This document shows, piece by piece, positions 14,500 to 27,299 of a stretch of DNA of 64,000 bases. Made by a program: the position numbers and the translations under genes. The notes beneath the pieces are model-generated. The model ran no database searches. It was not told the origin of the DNA and saw nothing but the letters and a program-made list of their open reading frames with translations. Origin of the DNA: Takakia lepidozioides. Taxonomy: Eukaryota; Plantae; Bryophyta. Location of the stretch: contig CM060733.1 of NCBI GenBank assembly GCA_030704615.1, positions 61,008,001 through 61,072,000 of the forward strand, in the 5' to 3' direction. The first letter of the stretch is position 1. Each line of letters opens with the position of its first letter.

Positions 14500-15566
14500 G
14501 CACGGTACCAGTACCAGGGTTCAGGGTTTAACCCAAGCGTGAATGAATGTGCATTCATCTAGATTCTATGGTATACATGGACGAATAAGAGAGGGAGAGG
14601 AGACAACCGTTGGCCGCGCGCTGCACTGGTGTTGGGCGCGTGGCAGATGATGGAGAGGAGGTGGAGCTGGAATTGCGTGGATCCTCTTTCTTCTATTAAT
14701 AATTGTGGAGCTGTGTGTTGGGGGTGATGGTGCGGGAAATATGTTGAGGTGAAGAGTTGTTGGGATGAAGGAGGATGCTTGTCCAGGACGAAGCCTCAGA
14801 GATTTGGTGTCTTCTACTCTTAGGTCTCGAAGCGGTTCGTCGTGGTCGATTCATTGACGTAGTTCGACATGCTGGCTAATGGGAGCGTGTTTATTTGATA
14901 GCTCATCTTGGCACTAGATCTGTGGCAGTGCAATTGGAAGCGCCAAATCTCGTATTGCGCAAAGTGCATTTTTTTTGTGTGAGTATTTAGGCCCGGGCTC
15001 TAAATCCAGGTTTATCTGACTACCAGAATTTAGTATGTGGCTGGCACTATTGAACCTCAAGTCTCACTTGTTCTGTTTTCATTTTTTCGAATGAGACATC
15101 GGTATTTCTAGTCTGGTTGTCAGCACGATATCGCTATCTAACACTCCTTGCCTTGCGTTTACCTCTGGTAGGTTTGAAATATCTGAGTTCCAGCCTTGTT
15201 TGTAAATGTTGGGTTACTGTTAACACTTGAATTCCGCCGTATACCTGAAGTGCCTTCAATTTTCATTGCTCTCTTGAGTTGATGTCTTTGCTTATGTATT
15301 CTTCATTTGCATACACGGAGTCGCTTATCATGCCATTCAACATTTGCAACTTTGCAAGATTAGTCAATGTTGGGTTCACTCTATTTTGGAAAACGCAGAT
15401 CTGGTCTAGAAGTGATGATGTTACTTCAATGATCAAGTTTCGTCTTCCAAATTGATGTCGTGCTTCCTGCTTTATGCTGTACTTACATGTGTATGGTGGC
15501 TTGCGGTAGGTTCCAGATTCTTTTTGGGTGGCTCTCAGTTAGGGTTTGCATCTGAGGTAAAAAAAA

Positions 15567-18500
15567 ATGGAAGACATGGTGGAAAGCATAGTGGATGGAA
15601 GAGGAGACCTGATGAAGAGGCTGGATGATGATACTGCCATACATGTGCTCCAGTATCTTGATACTGCTCTTGACATAGCACGTGCTGCTGCAGTCTCTCG
15701 CTCCTGGCGCCATTTCGGTCTGTGCCTTTCCCCCGTCCAACCCCTTTCTTCCCTGTTACCTGACCTACATGATTTCTCGAAGGGAAGCAAGATTCTGGAC
15801 ATCAGTGTGCCATAGAAAACCTGACACTGTGGATGTCAGAGTGACAAATCTCTACTGTCTGACAAATTACCATGTGGCTTCTATACAAATGTCTGAAGAC
15901 TGCAGTAGACGTGGTTTGATGGTTTCACCTGCCTCAAGGTTGCAGAAGGTCTTATCTTGGTTGAGTCATGATGTCTACTGCGTATGTTTCTTGTTTTCTC
16001 ACTGTACACTAGACCTGTGGCCAAGGCAATTATGGCCTGTTGCAATTGATTGTACGGGATTGAATTACTGGATGGGGCAGTGCTGGAAGGGCAACTTTGG
16101 AAGAGCTTATGTTACAAGGAGTTTCCTGAGGTAGAGAGGTTTGAGGCAGTGGTAGAGACATATGTTGCAAAGGATAGTGAAGCAGCCGGGTCAAGTGGTT
16201 CGTCTTTCAGGCAGAATTTGGAGAAGGAGGAGCGTATATATCGCTACCTTTTCTGTGAGCTCAAGAGCGAGCCTTCTCCTGAAAGGAGTGGGATTAGGGA
16301 GGCAGTGAGTGCTTCAAGCACTGACAATTATCCAATGGAGAGTATATTTCAGACTTTATATCCCAGGCCTCGATATTCTGATGAAGAGACCCCATCCTAC
16401 TGGTCAAGCACTGGTGAGCGGGATACTAATGTCCCCGAGACTCTGACATACAACTTGGTCTCTCCTCTCTGTGTGGTTCATGAGGTTCGGATCAGGCCTT
16501 TTCAGGGTATTTCCCTTTTTCCTTCCTGTGCTCAGCCATACCCTCTTCTTGCACCAGAATTTGGCAGGGTTTTGCAGTTTGAAATACGGTTAGTGCTGTG
16601 AATAACCTAGCAAGATGTGGTAGACAGAATTGGGTTTGGAATCTGGATAATTACATGTCTCCAATCTCAGCATATGTTGACAGTAGAGAGAGCTTAAATG
16701 TACTCTATTAGTGACTCAGATTATACTCATACAAAACCAATTTCTCTCTGGAACCATTATAGCCAGGTGCTCTCTCTTTCACATGTCGGGGCAAAAAGCC
16801 CAGGCCCTCCTGAGGCCTAGTTTTTGGGCAAATCACACACAGCAGATTGATGCTTGTGTGAAGGGATTTCTAGAGGATATCTGGAAAACCCGGATTAATT
16901 CTTTATATGGAGGTAAGTCTTACTACCAATGTCAGCCCCTGACAGAGGTAGGTTCTGTCCCTTTTGTTCCCGCTCAAACTGGGCGCGGGGTCAATGGCCA
17001 CAAGGCTACGGCAAACAACGTCTTATGAGTACAATCTTTCACATGTCGGGGCATGCACCTACTATTGACTACTCTGCCATGTGAGAGATTGGAGTGGAAA
17101 TGCACCATCGGTTTACTAGCCTTGAAAAGCAAGGGTATGAACTGATTGAAAAGAGCACTTCCGGATCCATACAGGCATTCACCATGATGTTTACAACTCT
17201 ACAGAAATATCCTATCATATCAGTCTACTGAAGTTGTGTCAGGTGGATTGAATATGACAGCTTTTTTCCAGTCCGGGGAACCCATTTACTCGGCCCAGTA
17301 TGTGCGGATTCGGTTGGGTTATCCAATCAAATCTTCCAAGAGTGACAACGAAGTCATGATTGCAGCATCTGAGGGTCTCCCTGTGAAGGGTTATGTATGG
17401 ATGTATGAGTCGCCGAAGTTTCCCATGGAGCAGGTATGTGGATGGTTATCCTCCCCTTATCAAATATGTCATGGACTCAGGGAGGGATGGCTATCTGTTC
17501 ATTTTTTCCATACTTCTCTGATTATCACTTTGTTAATTTTTTTTCTACTTTTTACTGCACAGAGGTGGGCCTTCCACGTGATGTGTATACGGACTCACAA
17601 GTATGGGATACTGGGGATGGATGCCAGCACAGGAGTCTGTCTCTTGCTTGACTAGTTGATTTTTTGATAAGTCTTCATGCAGCTTTGGAGGACTAAGATG
17701 ATTAATTATGCAGTTTACACTTGTGTGTGTGGTTGGCCCTGTTGCCCTCAATTGAGTGTGTGAGTGGTGGATTTGGGCAGGTGGACTCTATGCAGAGCTT
17801 CAAGCTGCCACGGCCTGTTTTATGCATTGGTGGTGTTCTTCAGGTGGAGCTTTTAGGGCGGGTGCAGACTCAGCAGATGGATCAGCTTTATTACATATGG
17901 TAATATGAAGTACCATATATACATATATACGGAATGTGCATGTGAATGTATCAAAATCATTGTAGCCGCTCTTCCACTAAGAAGAAATTTTTCCAAGAAT
18001 GACACCTATATGTCTCTATCTGCGATCTCATTTCCCTCCCATTGTTCCCATTGGTACATGTGCACTTTCTTCTGCAATAAAGCAGGGAATTTGCAAATGA
18101 CAGCAGTTGCTACGTTGATTCATTCTGAAAATAAACAAATTTGAGTTCCGCAGTCTCAAGAATCCGGGTTTCATTGACCTCCCTTACTTGGCAGAGCTTG
18201 TTGCTCATAAATCGCTTACATGCATGCAGCAGTGATGACAGTAAGGAGGACAGCTGTATATCCGAGTTTCTTCAGCTGAAATTGGGCCTTGTCAATTGGC
18301 TGGCTGCTGTGAACTCAATACTGTCTTGTGATTGTTGGTCTGCATGGGTGCAGTATCTGCCATGTGAGTGTGATTGGGTGGCCACTTCAGGACTTCGAAC
18401 TGCGGGTAATTGGTGGTGAACAAAATCGCTTTGTGCTTGAGTACCAAGGGGAAGCTAAGGCACAAGGGACGATGGCTGAAGTGGCGGGTAAGCTTGTGGC

Positions 18501-18759
18501 AACTGAAGGAGAGTCTGCTGCAGGGTGGCATTCATTTGCAGAGCCCATTAGACAACTCAGGGCTAGCCGGGTTCTTCGTCGGAACCGGTTGCTGCTAAAC
18601 ACTTTGTTGGGAAACATTGCTGTGGCAAGTTTACTTTTGGCACATGATGATCCTGAGGACTCTAGTAGCGATGAAGATGTGGGTGGTGATGATGATGATG
18701 ATGAAGGAAATGAGGGAGATGAGAAGGTTTTGTCCCATGCAGACCGGACTGGGGCATAG
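15567..18759 (+). CDS. F-box protein, At4g00755-like family, 5 exons, ~424 aa
   Basis: Exons 15567-15717, 16081-16506, 17261-17433, 17781-17899 and 18354-18759 join in phase (1275 nt). N-terminal F-box (DDTAIHVLQYLD...AAAVSRSWRHFV). Family motifs: ASSTDNYPMESIFQTL, SYWSSTGE, PETLTYNL, IRPFQAFFQ, LQVELLGRVQ, YYICICHV. Acidic C-terminal tail. Confidence 0.93.
16794..17034 (+). mobile_element. 5'-truncated LINE copy (241 bp) with 19-bp target-site duplication, in F-box intron 2
   Basis: Homologous to the last ~240 bp of the 3850-6672 LINE (HTQQIDxCVKGFLEDIWK...GRGVxGH). Flanked by the exact direct repeat TCTTTCACATGTCGGGGCA at 16775-16793 and 17035-17053. Confidence 0.95.
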
Positions 18760-20010
18760 TTGGCTTCAGGAAGCACGTGCAGAATCTAGTTTGCTTTTGG
18801 AGGTTATACACTTGTGGATGTGAAGTTTAATGTTATTTTCAGCTTCATTTCTCTGGATGGTGTGTCTCAACCAGAGAGATTCTCTAACTGTTTGCTCTCT
18901 TTCTGCAAAAAATCATTTGGAGGGATTTTGAAAGTCCCAGGCCACTCACAGATCAGTTTTTTACCTGCTTTTCTTGTGAAAGTGGAGCTGAGCGATGTGA
19001 GGGAGGAATGAAGGACCATACTTTCTTGCTGCAGTTTTAATTGCCTCGAATCTTTTTCGCTGAGCTGATTCAGTGGGCTTGCCAAACTAGAAGCCACTTT
19101 GTGTATCCACAGACAAGGCAGGTTACTTGCTTGGTTTGTGATAGTTTTTGTCTGCCAGGAGTTGCATTTACTACCAAATCATTCCCACACCCTTCTACCT
19201 ACCCAAGATCACAATGCTTGCTCAAAGCCTTGCTGGCAGCCAGCATGTAGGACGAGGTGTACTTCATGTACACACACCTTTTCATTTTTGGCCTCTCCTC
19301 TCCCATGTCCATCTCCAACCTTAGTATCCCAATTGCAAATTTGCCTACCATAGAGACTACCGGCCAAATCAAAGCATGACTATGCGCTATCAAAGGTGAC
19401 ATCTTTCTTGTGTCCTTCCTCTTTGGCGACTCTGATATGGCACCACGGTCTATAGAGATTTGCTATTTGTAAGGATGCTAGTATGAAACATCAAATTAGT
19501 TGGTGGCAAAGGGAACTCTTGATGTACTATAGCTCCGCGAGTCCCCGTCAAAGACATGGGGTATCCCACAAAGATAAATTAATCTTAAGCCTACTGCGCA
19601 AACCTGTAATACTGCTCATCCTTTCTTGTTCTGATCAGCCTGGTCTACAGCCCAAGATTTTTATGGCCGACCTAAAATCGGGCCATGCACCCAAAGCTGG
19701 ATTGGCTCTCTTAGTAGCGAGGCGGGGTAAGTTTGGCAACTAAAAGTTCTGTAAGCAAGTGCTATATTTATGCAAACCCAAACTTGGGTCCTGTATCCTT
19801 ACATATATTTAAGCGCGCATGTCTCTAAAAGTTAGACTCCCACTTTCTTCCTTCACAGATTGCAAGTTTGTGGTGGGACATGATAGTTGTGGCCACCTGA
19901 CAAAGTCTTGAAGTCTTGAGTAGAAAGAGCACCTTCGTGACAGGACGGCTGTGAGGATGCCTCTACCCAAGGATTGTGGCTACTTGGCCGCTCTCTCTCA
20001 TGATCCACCA

Positions 20011-21210
20011 ATGGTTATGGATAGTGAGGTGTGGAGTAGGCTGTCGTGCGACTTACTGGACAGAGTGTTGGCATGCTTATCTTGCATAAATCTTTGCCGC
20101 TTACTGACGGTGTGCAAGCGATGGCGATCCCTACCAGCAACTCAGGGTTTTCTGCATCTCCGCAACCAAGTCGGTCTCGATCATATAGAGCCATTCTTCT
20201 TCTTTAATATGTGGGACCTGACTCTAGGTGGTGCAAAGAACACAGGACGTATGGAGTTTCTATATCCATCTGCAAGTGGCATGTGCAACGGGCACCAGAT
20301 AGACCTCACATTCCTTAGACCTTGCACAAAAGATATGCCGACATCAGGTTGCGCTTATAAGGTATCTACAGATGGAGGGTTGTTTTCCATCGCAGTGCAT
20401 CCATTACGTGGGGATTCGTACATCAACGTGTTCAATCCGATCTCAAAGTGTGGCAGACGCTTACCTAAAGCGCCAGAACATCGTGATCGGAGTTTTCTTA
20501 ATGAATTGGTGATGGATAGCAGTACCGGAGGATACAAGATCATTAGGGTTGTAGTAGAGTCTACCGAAGGAGTTGAAATGCATAGAACTTTGGTCGACGA
20601 CTCCATCTCCAACTCGTGGAATGAGACGGGAAACATGGCGCTAGGTAAGCGATGTCATGGGCGACATATATGACAGTAGGCACTGCCAAATTTGGCAACA
20701 TTGTGTACGTCATGATCTACAGTGAGGCTTACAATTACACATGGGACACTGAACGCATTGCACTATCGCCCTTCCACCAGATGTTTGCTTACGACATTGG
20801 CACCAGAGACACATATGCCCCATCATTTCCAGCGAGAAGTTGCGCACTTGGCAAGGCAGGGCCGCAAGGTGGTAGCTGGGACTACTTGGGGTGTTGTTGT
20901 GGGGAGCACTCCATGTTTATGGGAATTGATTGTCTCCACTCGAGAATGGAGGCAGCTGCCGAAAATTCCTGATAAACTATTGCACAACTTCTTTGCAAGT
21001 TATTCCGGCGAGGACAAATATTGGCGTGCAAGATGGTGCGGTGATCTGTACGTAATCTTTGTAGACCAGAAATCAGAACTACTGGCATTTGACATCTGTA
21101 GGAGAATCGTGGATGCTAATTGTTCCCCCTTAGGGCACCCTCTGTCACCTGTACTGCATAATTCACTTCCAGTGCATTATGGACAGTTTTGTATGGGAAG
21201 AGATGTTTAG
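20011..21210 (+). pseudogene. Intronless F-box (kelch/FBA-type) gene with two compensating frameshifts
   Basis: F-box motif MDSEVWSRLSCDLLDRVLACL...VCKRWRSL, then STDGGL, VFNPISKCGRRLP, GYKIIRV. The reading frame shifts near 20650 (VYVMIY...MFAYDIG) and shifts back near 20815 (LWEL...WRQLPKIP). Confidence 0.75.
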
Positions 21211-21839
21211 TTTTGAGTAATCAACCACTTGTCGGTAGCTCAGTTGGATGGTGCCCACCCTGGTGGATCTGAGTTCTCCCAGGTATTTACTTTTTCAAAT
21301 AAATAATAATAATAATAATGATGATGACGTGTATGGCTTTCACACATCAATCAATATATGAAGCAAGGTAGTTTCTTGGTTCTCTTGTAGAGAGAGACTT
21401 TGCAACATGTTCAAGTCAATGGAGAACATGTGGTCAAAGGACCTTACACCGTGTCAAGGCTGAGATTGGTGTGTTGCGCTGAGTCATGCCCCTTACTCTT
21501 ACCTTTTTCTTATGTTTGGCCAAAGCAAGAGAGCCCATCGCCATTTTAGGATTGTTTGTTTTGTTTGCTTGTTTGTTTGTTTTGTAGCTCTACCTGCATG
21601 GCGTTATTCTGCATTTGCTCTGGTTTGCCACTTTCTCATATCTCGTCCAACTTTTATTTTTTTCCGAGAGCATTTAGCTCTCATTCATTTGCTATGCGAA
21701 TCAAGCGGGCTCGCTTTTTTTCCAAAAGTCCCCCCTTTTTTTTAAATTTAATATTATTGTGGTTTTACCACCATCAATCAAATTAGTAAATTTATTCATA
21801 CGCTAATTTCGATTTATAATTACAGATAATGGAAACCCT

Positions 21840-21870
21840 TGGGTAATAACGGACTTGAACCGCTGACTCT
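21840..21870 (-). other. 3' half of a tRNA (T-arm + acceptor strand), resembling organellar tRNA-Val; not a complete gene
   Basis: Reverse complement AGAGTC-AGCGG-TTCAAGT-CCGTT-ATTACCC-A gives a canonical T stem-loop, a 7-nt acceptor strand and discriminator A. The 5' half is absent. The Val assignment is from recall only. Confidence 0.55.
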
Positions 21871-24800
21871 TCGTTCGATTCCCAGCCTCCCATAGTTCAC
21901 ATAGTTCACGGAGGCAAATAGGTTCCGCTTCATTCGGATTCCATTAGCCCCTCCTCCATTCTAAAAATGAGGTAACTCCCCCAACGAGCGTTGAGATGTC
22001 CCAAACCGCGGGGCCCAGCCCTCGTGCTTGGTACCGTTGGATAGCCCTCGATGAGGAGGAGTGCACTGGCTTGATCTCATAATTTTTGGACCTACGGTGT
22101 GGGAGATGTGGAATTCCGAGTACTTTTGGTCGTCTGAAATTTGTGAAAAATAGCAAAGTGGGCTTTCCTTGAACAATGATTGGAGCCTCGACAGGAGATA
22201 TATCAATAATGATTGGATATATTACTACTCAATAAATTCATGGAAAAAAATAAATTGGGCCTTGACATAGGAGACGTACTTGGATACATAGGAGATTGCA
22301 CTTGGGCTTAGATGGCATTGGACACTTGGGCCTCTCCATGGGAGATGCATTTGGATACATGAATAGAAGATTGCACTTGAACGTAGATGGGCCTTGACAA
22401 TGGAGACGCACTGGGACACGTAGGAAATTGCACTTGGTCTTAGATTTCAATTCTTCATATATGGGCCAAAGGCACAGGCTACCCTAGAGGTCACACTTGG
22501 GCCACCGACTGAGTTGGTTTCGCAAATTTGGACCTACGGGCGGAGAATTATGGAAATATGAACAATTTTGGTAGCTGAAAATTCAACTAAATTATAAAAT
22601 TAAGTGTTGGAATGACACTAGATGTCGCACTTGGGCCTATACATGGGAGAAGCACTTGGATACATAGGAAATTGCACTCGGACTTAGATTTCAATTCTTC
22701 ACACATGGGCCAACGGCACAGGCTACCAACATAGAATTTCAAGTACTTTTGGTCAATGGAAATTCGCGAAAAATAGCAAAGTGGGCTTTCCTAGAATAAT
22801 GACGTGGAGATCTCCCAAATTTGCAGGGTCTCTGGATACATAGGGGATTGCACTTGGACTTTGATGACACTGGATACTTGGGCCAACGGCATAGGCTACC
22901 AACACAGAATTTCAAGTACTTTTGGTCGCTGGCCATGTACACACACAGTTTTTTATTTTTCAATTGTAAATTTGCTAAGAGGTATAAGTTTTCTTTGTTA
23001 CTTATGCGTGACAAAGTTGTATAACTTAAACCATGTTTATATACCCCTGTAGGATCGAATGCTAGATAGTCCAAAGTTAAGCCTTGAGAACGATGGATTG
23101 TTCGAGCGGCTGCTAATTGAATAGGAACTTGGGTTCTAGTAATTATATGTGGAGTATTTGATCCTATTTGAATCTCTTTAGAAATTGGTTGAATTGGAGT
23201 CCATAACTTATCTATTGTTGAGTTATATAAGTGAATATTATTTGCACGTATAGCAATACCAGATTTTGGATTGTTAAATTGTATCCATATTAAAGGGGTT
23301 GAATTTGTTAACACGGAAGTATGTTTAAATATACCGTCCGAAAATTGCACGTTGTTCTAGATTAAGCTTTCGCAGTTGTTCATAAAATTGTTTATTAGGA
23401 ATAATGTTGTCGGGTGTTGTAGATATGTTTGCCTCTATTGTTGATGCAATCCAATTTCAGGACGCAAATGAAATTATGTCGCTATACCATGTGCAATCTG
23501 TCATAGACTCCAAAACGTCTGGTTCTATATCAACATCAATGAACTTGTCCATCCATATACTAAGATTGTTGGTTTTTGCTAATTCGTGTGCTTTCGTCTC
23601 TAATGTATTCCAATTTGAAAGAGTAGTATTTTCTGTTAGGAACTTATATATGAATTTGTCTCGTTTCATCAATATAGTTGGTTTATGAACCAAATAAGCA
23701 TCATGTCATGTTTCATGGTCGTCTTTTTGTGATTCTTCGCTACGGGTGGAAGACCTCGCAAATCTTTATCGGATTTCAATACAAATGCACGTTCTTTGCG
23801 GAGATGATGTATTTATGAATTTGAAAGTTCTTGATGCATGATATAGTGGTATGGATAACACAATATATGCAACCAATTGAGCCGACATCTGTTGTGCATT
23901 TAGGAAAACATTTCCCATTTTATGGATTCTGACATTTGCATCAATTTATCTACTACGTAAAGCAGCTATATATGTTTTTTCATCAATATGTAACAATGAA
24001 AGAAACTCATTAAATGTAGTATCTAAACCCATATCCATTTTGTCCAACTCAGTAAATATTACTTTGATTCAAATGCATCAATTGTTCTATTAAAGGTTCC
24101 AAAATTGCGGTAGAATTCATTGGGGGCAATGGATAATGAAAACGACATATAGCTTGATTCTTTTTTCCTGCATGTTCGTTTGTGCTGATGGGTTTGAGCT
24201 TCACGTAGAATGGATGGAAGAACATTACTATCGGATGTTATAGATTTATCTACGAATTGTTCAATTATATCATTTTTATCAACCCCGTAAATTGGTGCAT
24301 TAGCTATCCATAACATACTATGATCATGCTCACTACACTTTGAAATTTTGTTACAAAGAAGAAATCACGGAGTGCTCCAAAAATGGTATGATCTTTCATA
24401 CATAGATGTCTAAATGCACCCATTCGATGATCATAATATCGAGCACATGTAACGGGATCCTATCTTACCAATTCAGCAACGTGTTTACTTTCCAAATTTT
24501 AAATGCCATTTGGAATTCCCAATTTTTTATGATTGAGCGAATGGATGGTTTACAGTAAAGATGGCCATTTACTTTCTGCACTTGTAAATGTTACAAAGGA
24601 AGTTGGTGGTCCTAGTTGTCGAATCATTGCAAAGGCCTCTTTTCGGAGACGAGCCAAATAATCTGGTGATGTTCATAATCTTTCCAAATCCCTATAGCCT
24701 AGATCTGAGCGTAGTAATTTATCTAAATTTGGTTTTTCAATCAGTTCGTCCACTTTTAATCTACCAAGAAGTTTATCTTTACGAATACGAATCCATGAAG

Positions 24801-27299
24801 ATGATATAAAGCCATGAATTAATACTTTGATAGCTTTTTAAAAAAAAAATGGAATATGTCTCGCAAAATCATGATCTTTATGTAATAGTTTCCATTGTGC
24901 AATGACTTGATAAGACAATGAACCAGTGTTTGATCGAGGATGTCCAAAAAATAAAGTAGGAAAATTCAATTCTTCACTATGAGCATCTTGGAAAAGACCT
25001 AATGGTACCGCTAGTAGTATTTTTGACAACTTCCTCAAACTCATCTTGAGATATTTCATTAAATTCTTGTAATGGTTCATCGATATTTATACAATTTTGT
25101 TTTGTTTGATGGGACATTGCAAATAATCCTAACCATTGTGGTCGAATGGTAACATTAGCTTCTATGTATAATGGAGTAGTAACAAGATCATGTAAAACCA
25201 ACATAATAAAATTGGGACGAACAGTTCCTGATAAATATGGAGATTTATATTCTAGACGACATTTTAAAAAATGAAAAAAAATAAAATAAAAATGGTAGTA
25301 TCGTCATTCGGCATGCGAGGTAAAACTGATTGTGTATTGTTAACATTTGATAGAAAGTTTATAATGCTACCACGTATACCATATTGGCCATATCCTTGCA
25401 ATTGATATATTTGGCCAAATGTCATACGCGGTGCAATTAATCTTTCCTCAAGCGCATTGAGGTTTCGAACATTATTAATAGGAGCATTTAGATGAATTAT
25501 GTTAGGAACTACATATTTAGGAGATTTATCGTGGTCAAGCATTAATTTACAACTTCGACATATAAACATTTGTCCATGATTTTGTTCCGTTGTTACAACA
25601 GGAATATACACGGCTAATTTTTTTAACAATTTTTTTGTCAGTGTAACAATTTGTTTTTTAAAACATAGTCGATGACAACGCATACATGGATGCACTGGTG
25701 TATAAGACAATTTTTCTATGTATTTACTACGATGAGCTCAATGGGATTATTGTTGGAATGATGCAATGAATGAAGAGGTATTGGTTGGACTGAACTTTCA
25801 GGAGCAATGGGAGAATCAATTTGCGGTGTATTTTATTTTTCTATATATATTTTATTATTATTAATTCGCCGCAAATGAGAATAAATTTGAGTATATGTGA
25901 GATTCAAAGTTGCATAATGACGGGAGAAGATCTGAGCTATGTCTTTGAGAGTGGACAATGGAAACTCGACCATCAAATTGTTCATCATGAGTTGGTAGCC
26001 ATTGAAAACGAGGTGTTTTCGGGGTTACATTGGTATTGTTCATAATATCATTTTGTTGTCGACCCTTTTTTTTAGTGGCAAATGTTGCAAATCCCGAAAT
26101 TGAAAGCGACTGAGAATTCGAAATCGAGGTCGATGGCATAACATTTGAAGTGCAATGAGTTCTTTTAAAAATAATAGGTTCAAAGTGCCCACTCTTCGAG
26201 GGGTATGCGCAACAAATTGATCACCCACAGAAAATATTATTCTTTTATTTACTCGAGACCATAACCGAATGGGTCTTTGTAAATAATTTGCTAAACAGAA
26301 AATGGCACGATTATCACCTTCTAAACCTCCACAAACAACACTATTGGACATTTTTTGAACAAATTCATCAATTGTGCGAACACCATGTAACTCATAGAGG
26401 GCGTCCGAAGAAAAATGGATTTGAATCATTTCGGCCACCTCATTAGTGGGCAATTGTAAAGTTTGCAGAAAATGTTTCATGGTTTGATGATGGAGATCCG
26501 TAGATATTTCATAATGCAGCAAATAAGCAACTGAATCAAATAAACAGTCTCCAACAACATAATGGTAATCGTGTACAAGATGCAAATCTTGAGATCGTGT
26601 CTATCTCTGTATCCATTATTAAAGAGAGTAAATTAGATATAAAAATAAGGTTGTAAAAAAACTGAATTAAGGTTCAAGTTTTATTATAACAGAAAATAAT
26701 ATTAATGGAGGTTGGTCAGATTAGATAGATTTTGAAAATCTTATAAGGACACAAACAAGCAATGTACAAGGCAATGAAACGCCGAATTAAGAGTTGCTGA
26801 ACAATATTATGCTATAATACCATAGTAATAGTAAATTATATGTTTGGATGAATTAAATTTCATAGATATTGTAGTAGATAAATCTGAATTGAAAAATTAA
26901 CTAAAAGATTGGCTGATTAACTGAGGGACTGGCTGAAAATGTAGTTGTGAACTGAAAGGCTAAAGTTTGTAAAACTGAAAGAACACACAAGAATGGCAGC
27001 TTCCACAATATTGTCAAAGTACTCATATAACTTGCAACCATAAACCACACACAACTCACAAAAATGGATTACTAATATCCAATCATACTGTGTGGGCTAT
27101 ATTGTCATGGTAAGAAATAGTTTGACTAAGTAGAGATGCTGAGGAAAAATGCTTCACATATGAAGCAGCACCATGAAACCAAATACCCTGTAGATGTATG
27201 AAGTCCAAGTAAATCTGAGGGAATCTGAGCATACATTAAACTATTGTAAAGGCTGATACACTTGAAAGCAGTCCTCTAATCTAACATGCTCTTGAATGC

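Noticed and set aside
18387-18776. 129-aa Ser-rich minus-strand ORF
   Set aside because: Antisense shadow of the acidic F-box last exon.
21228-21285. tRNA gene (TAGCTCAGTTGG A-box)
   Set aside because: No intact B-box or cloverleaf; at most a SINE-like remnant.
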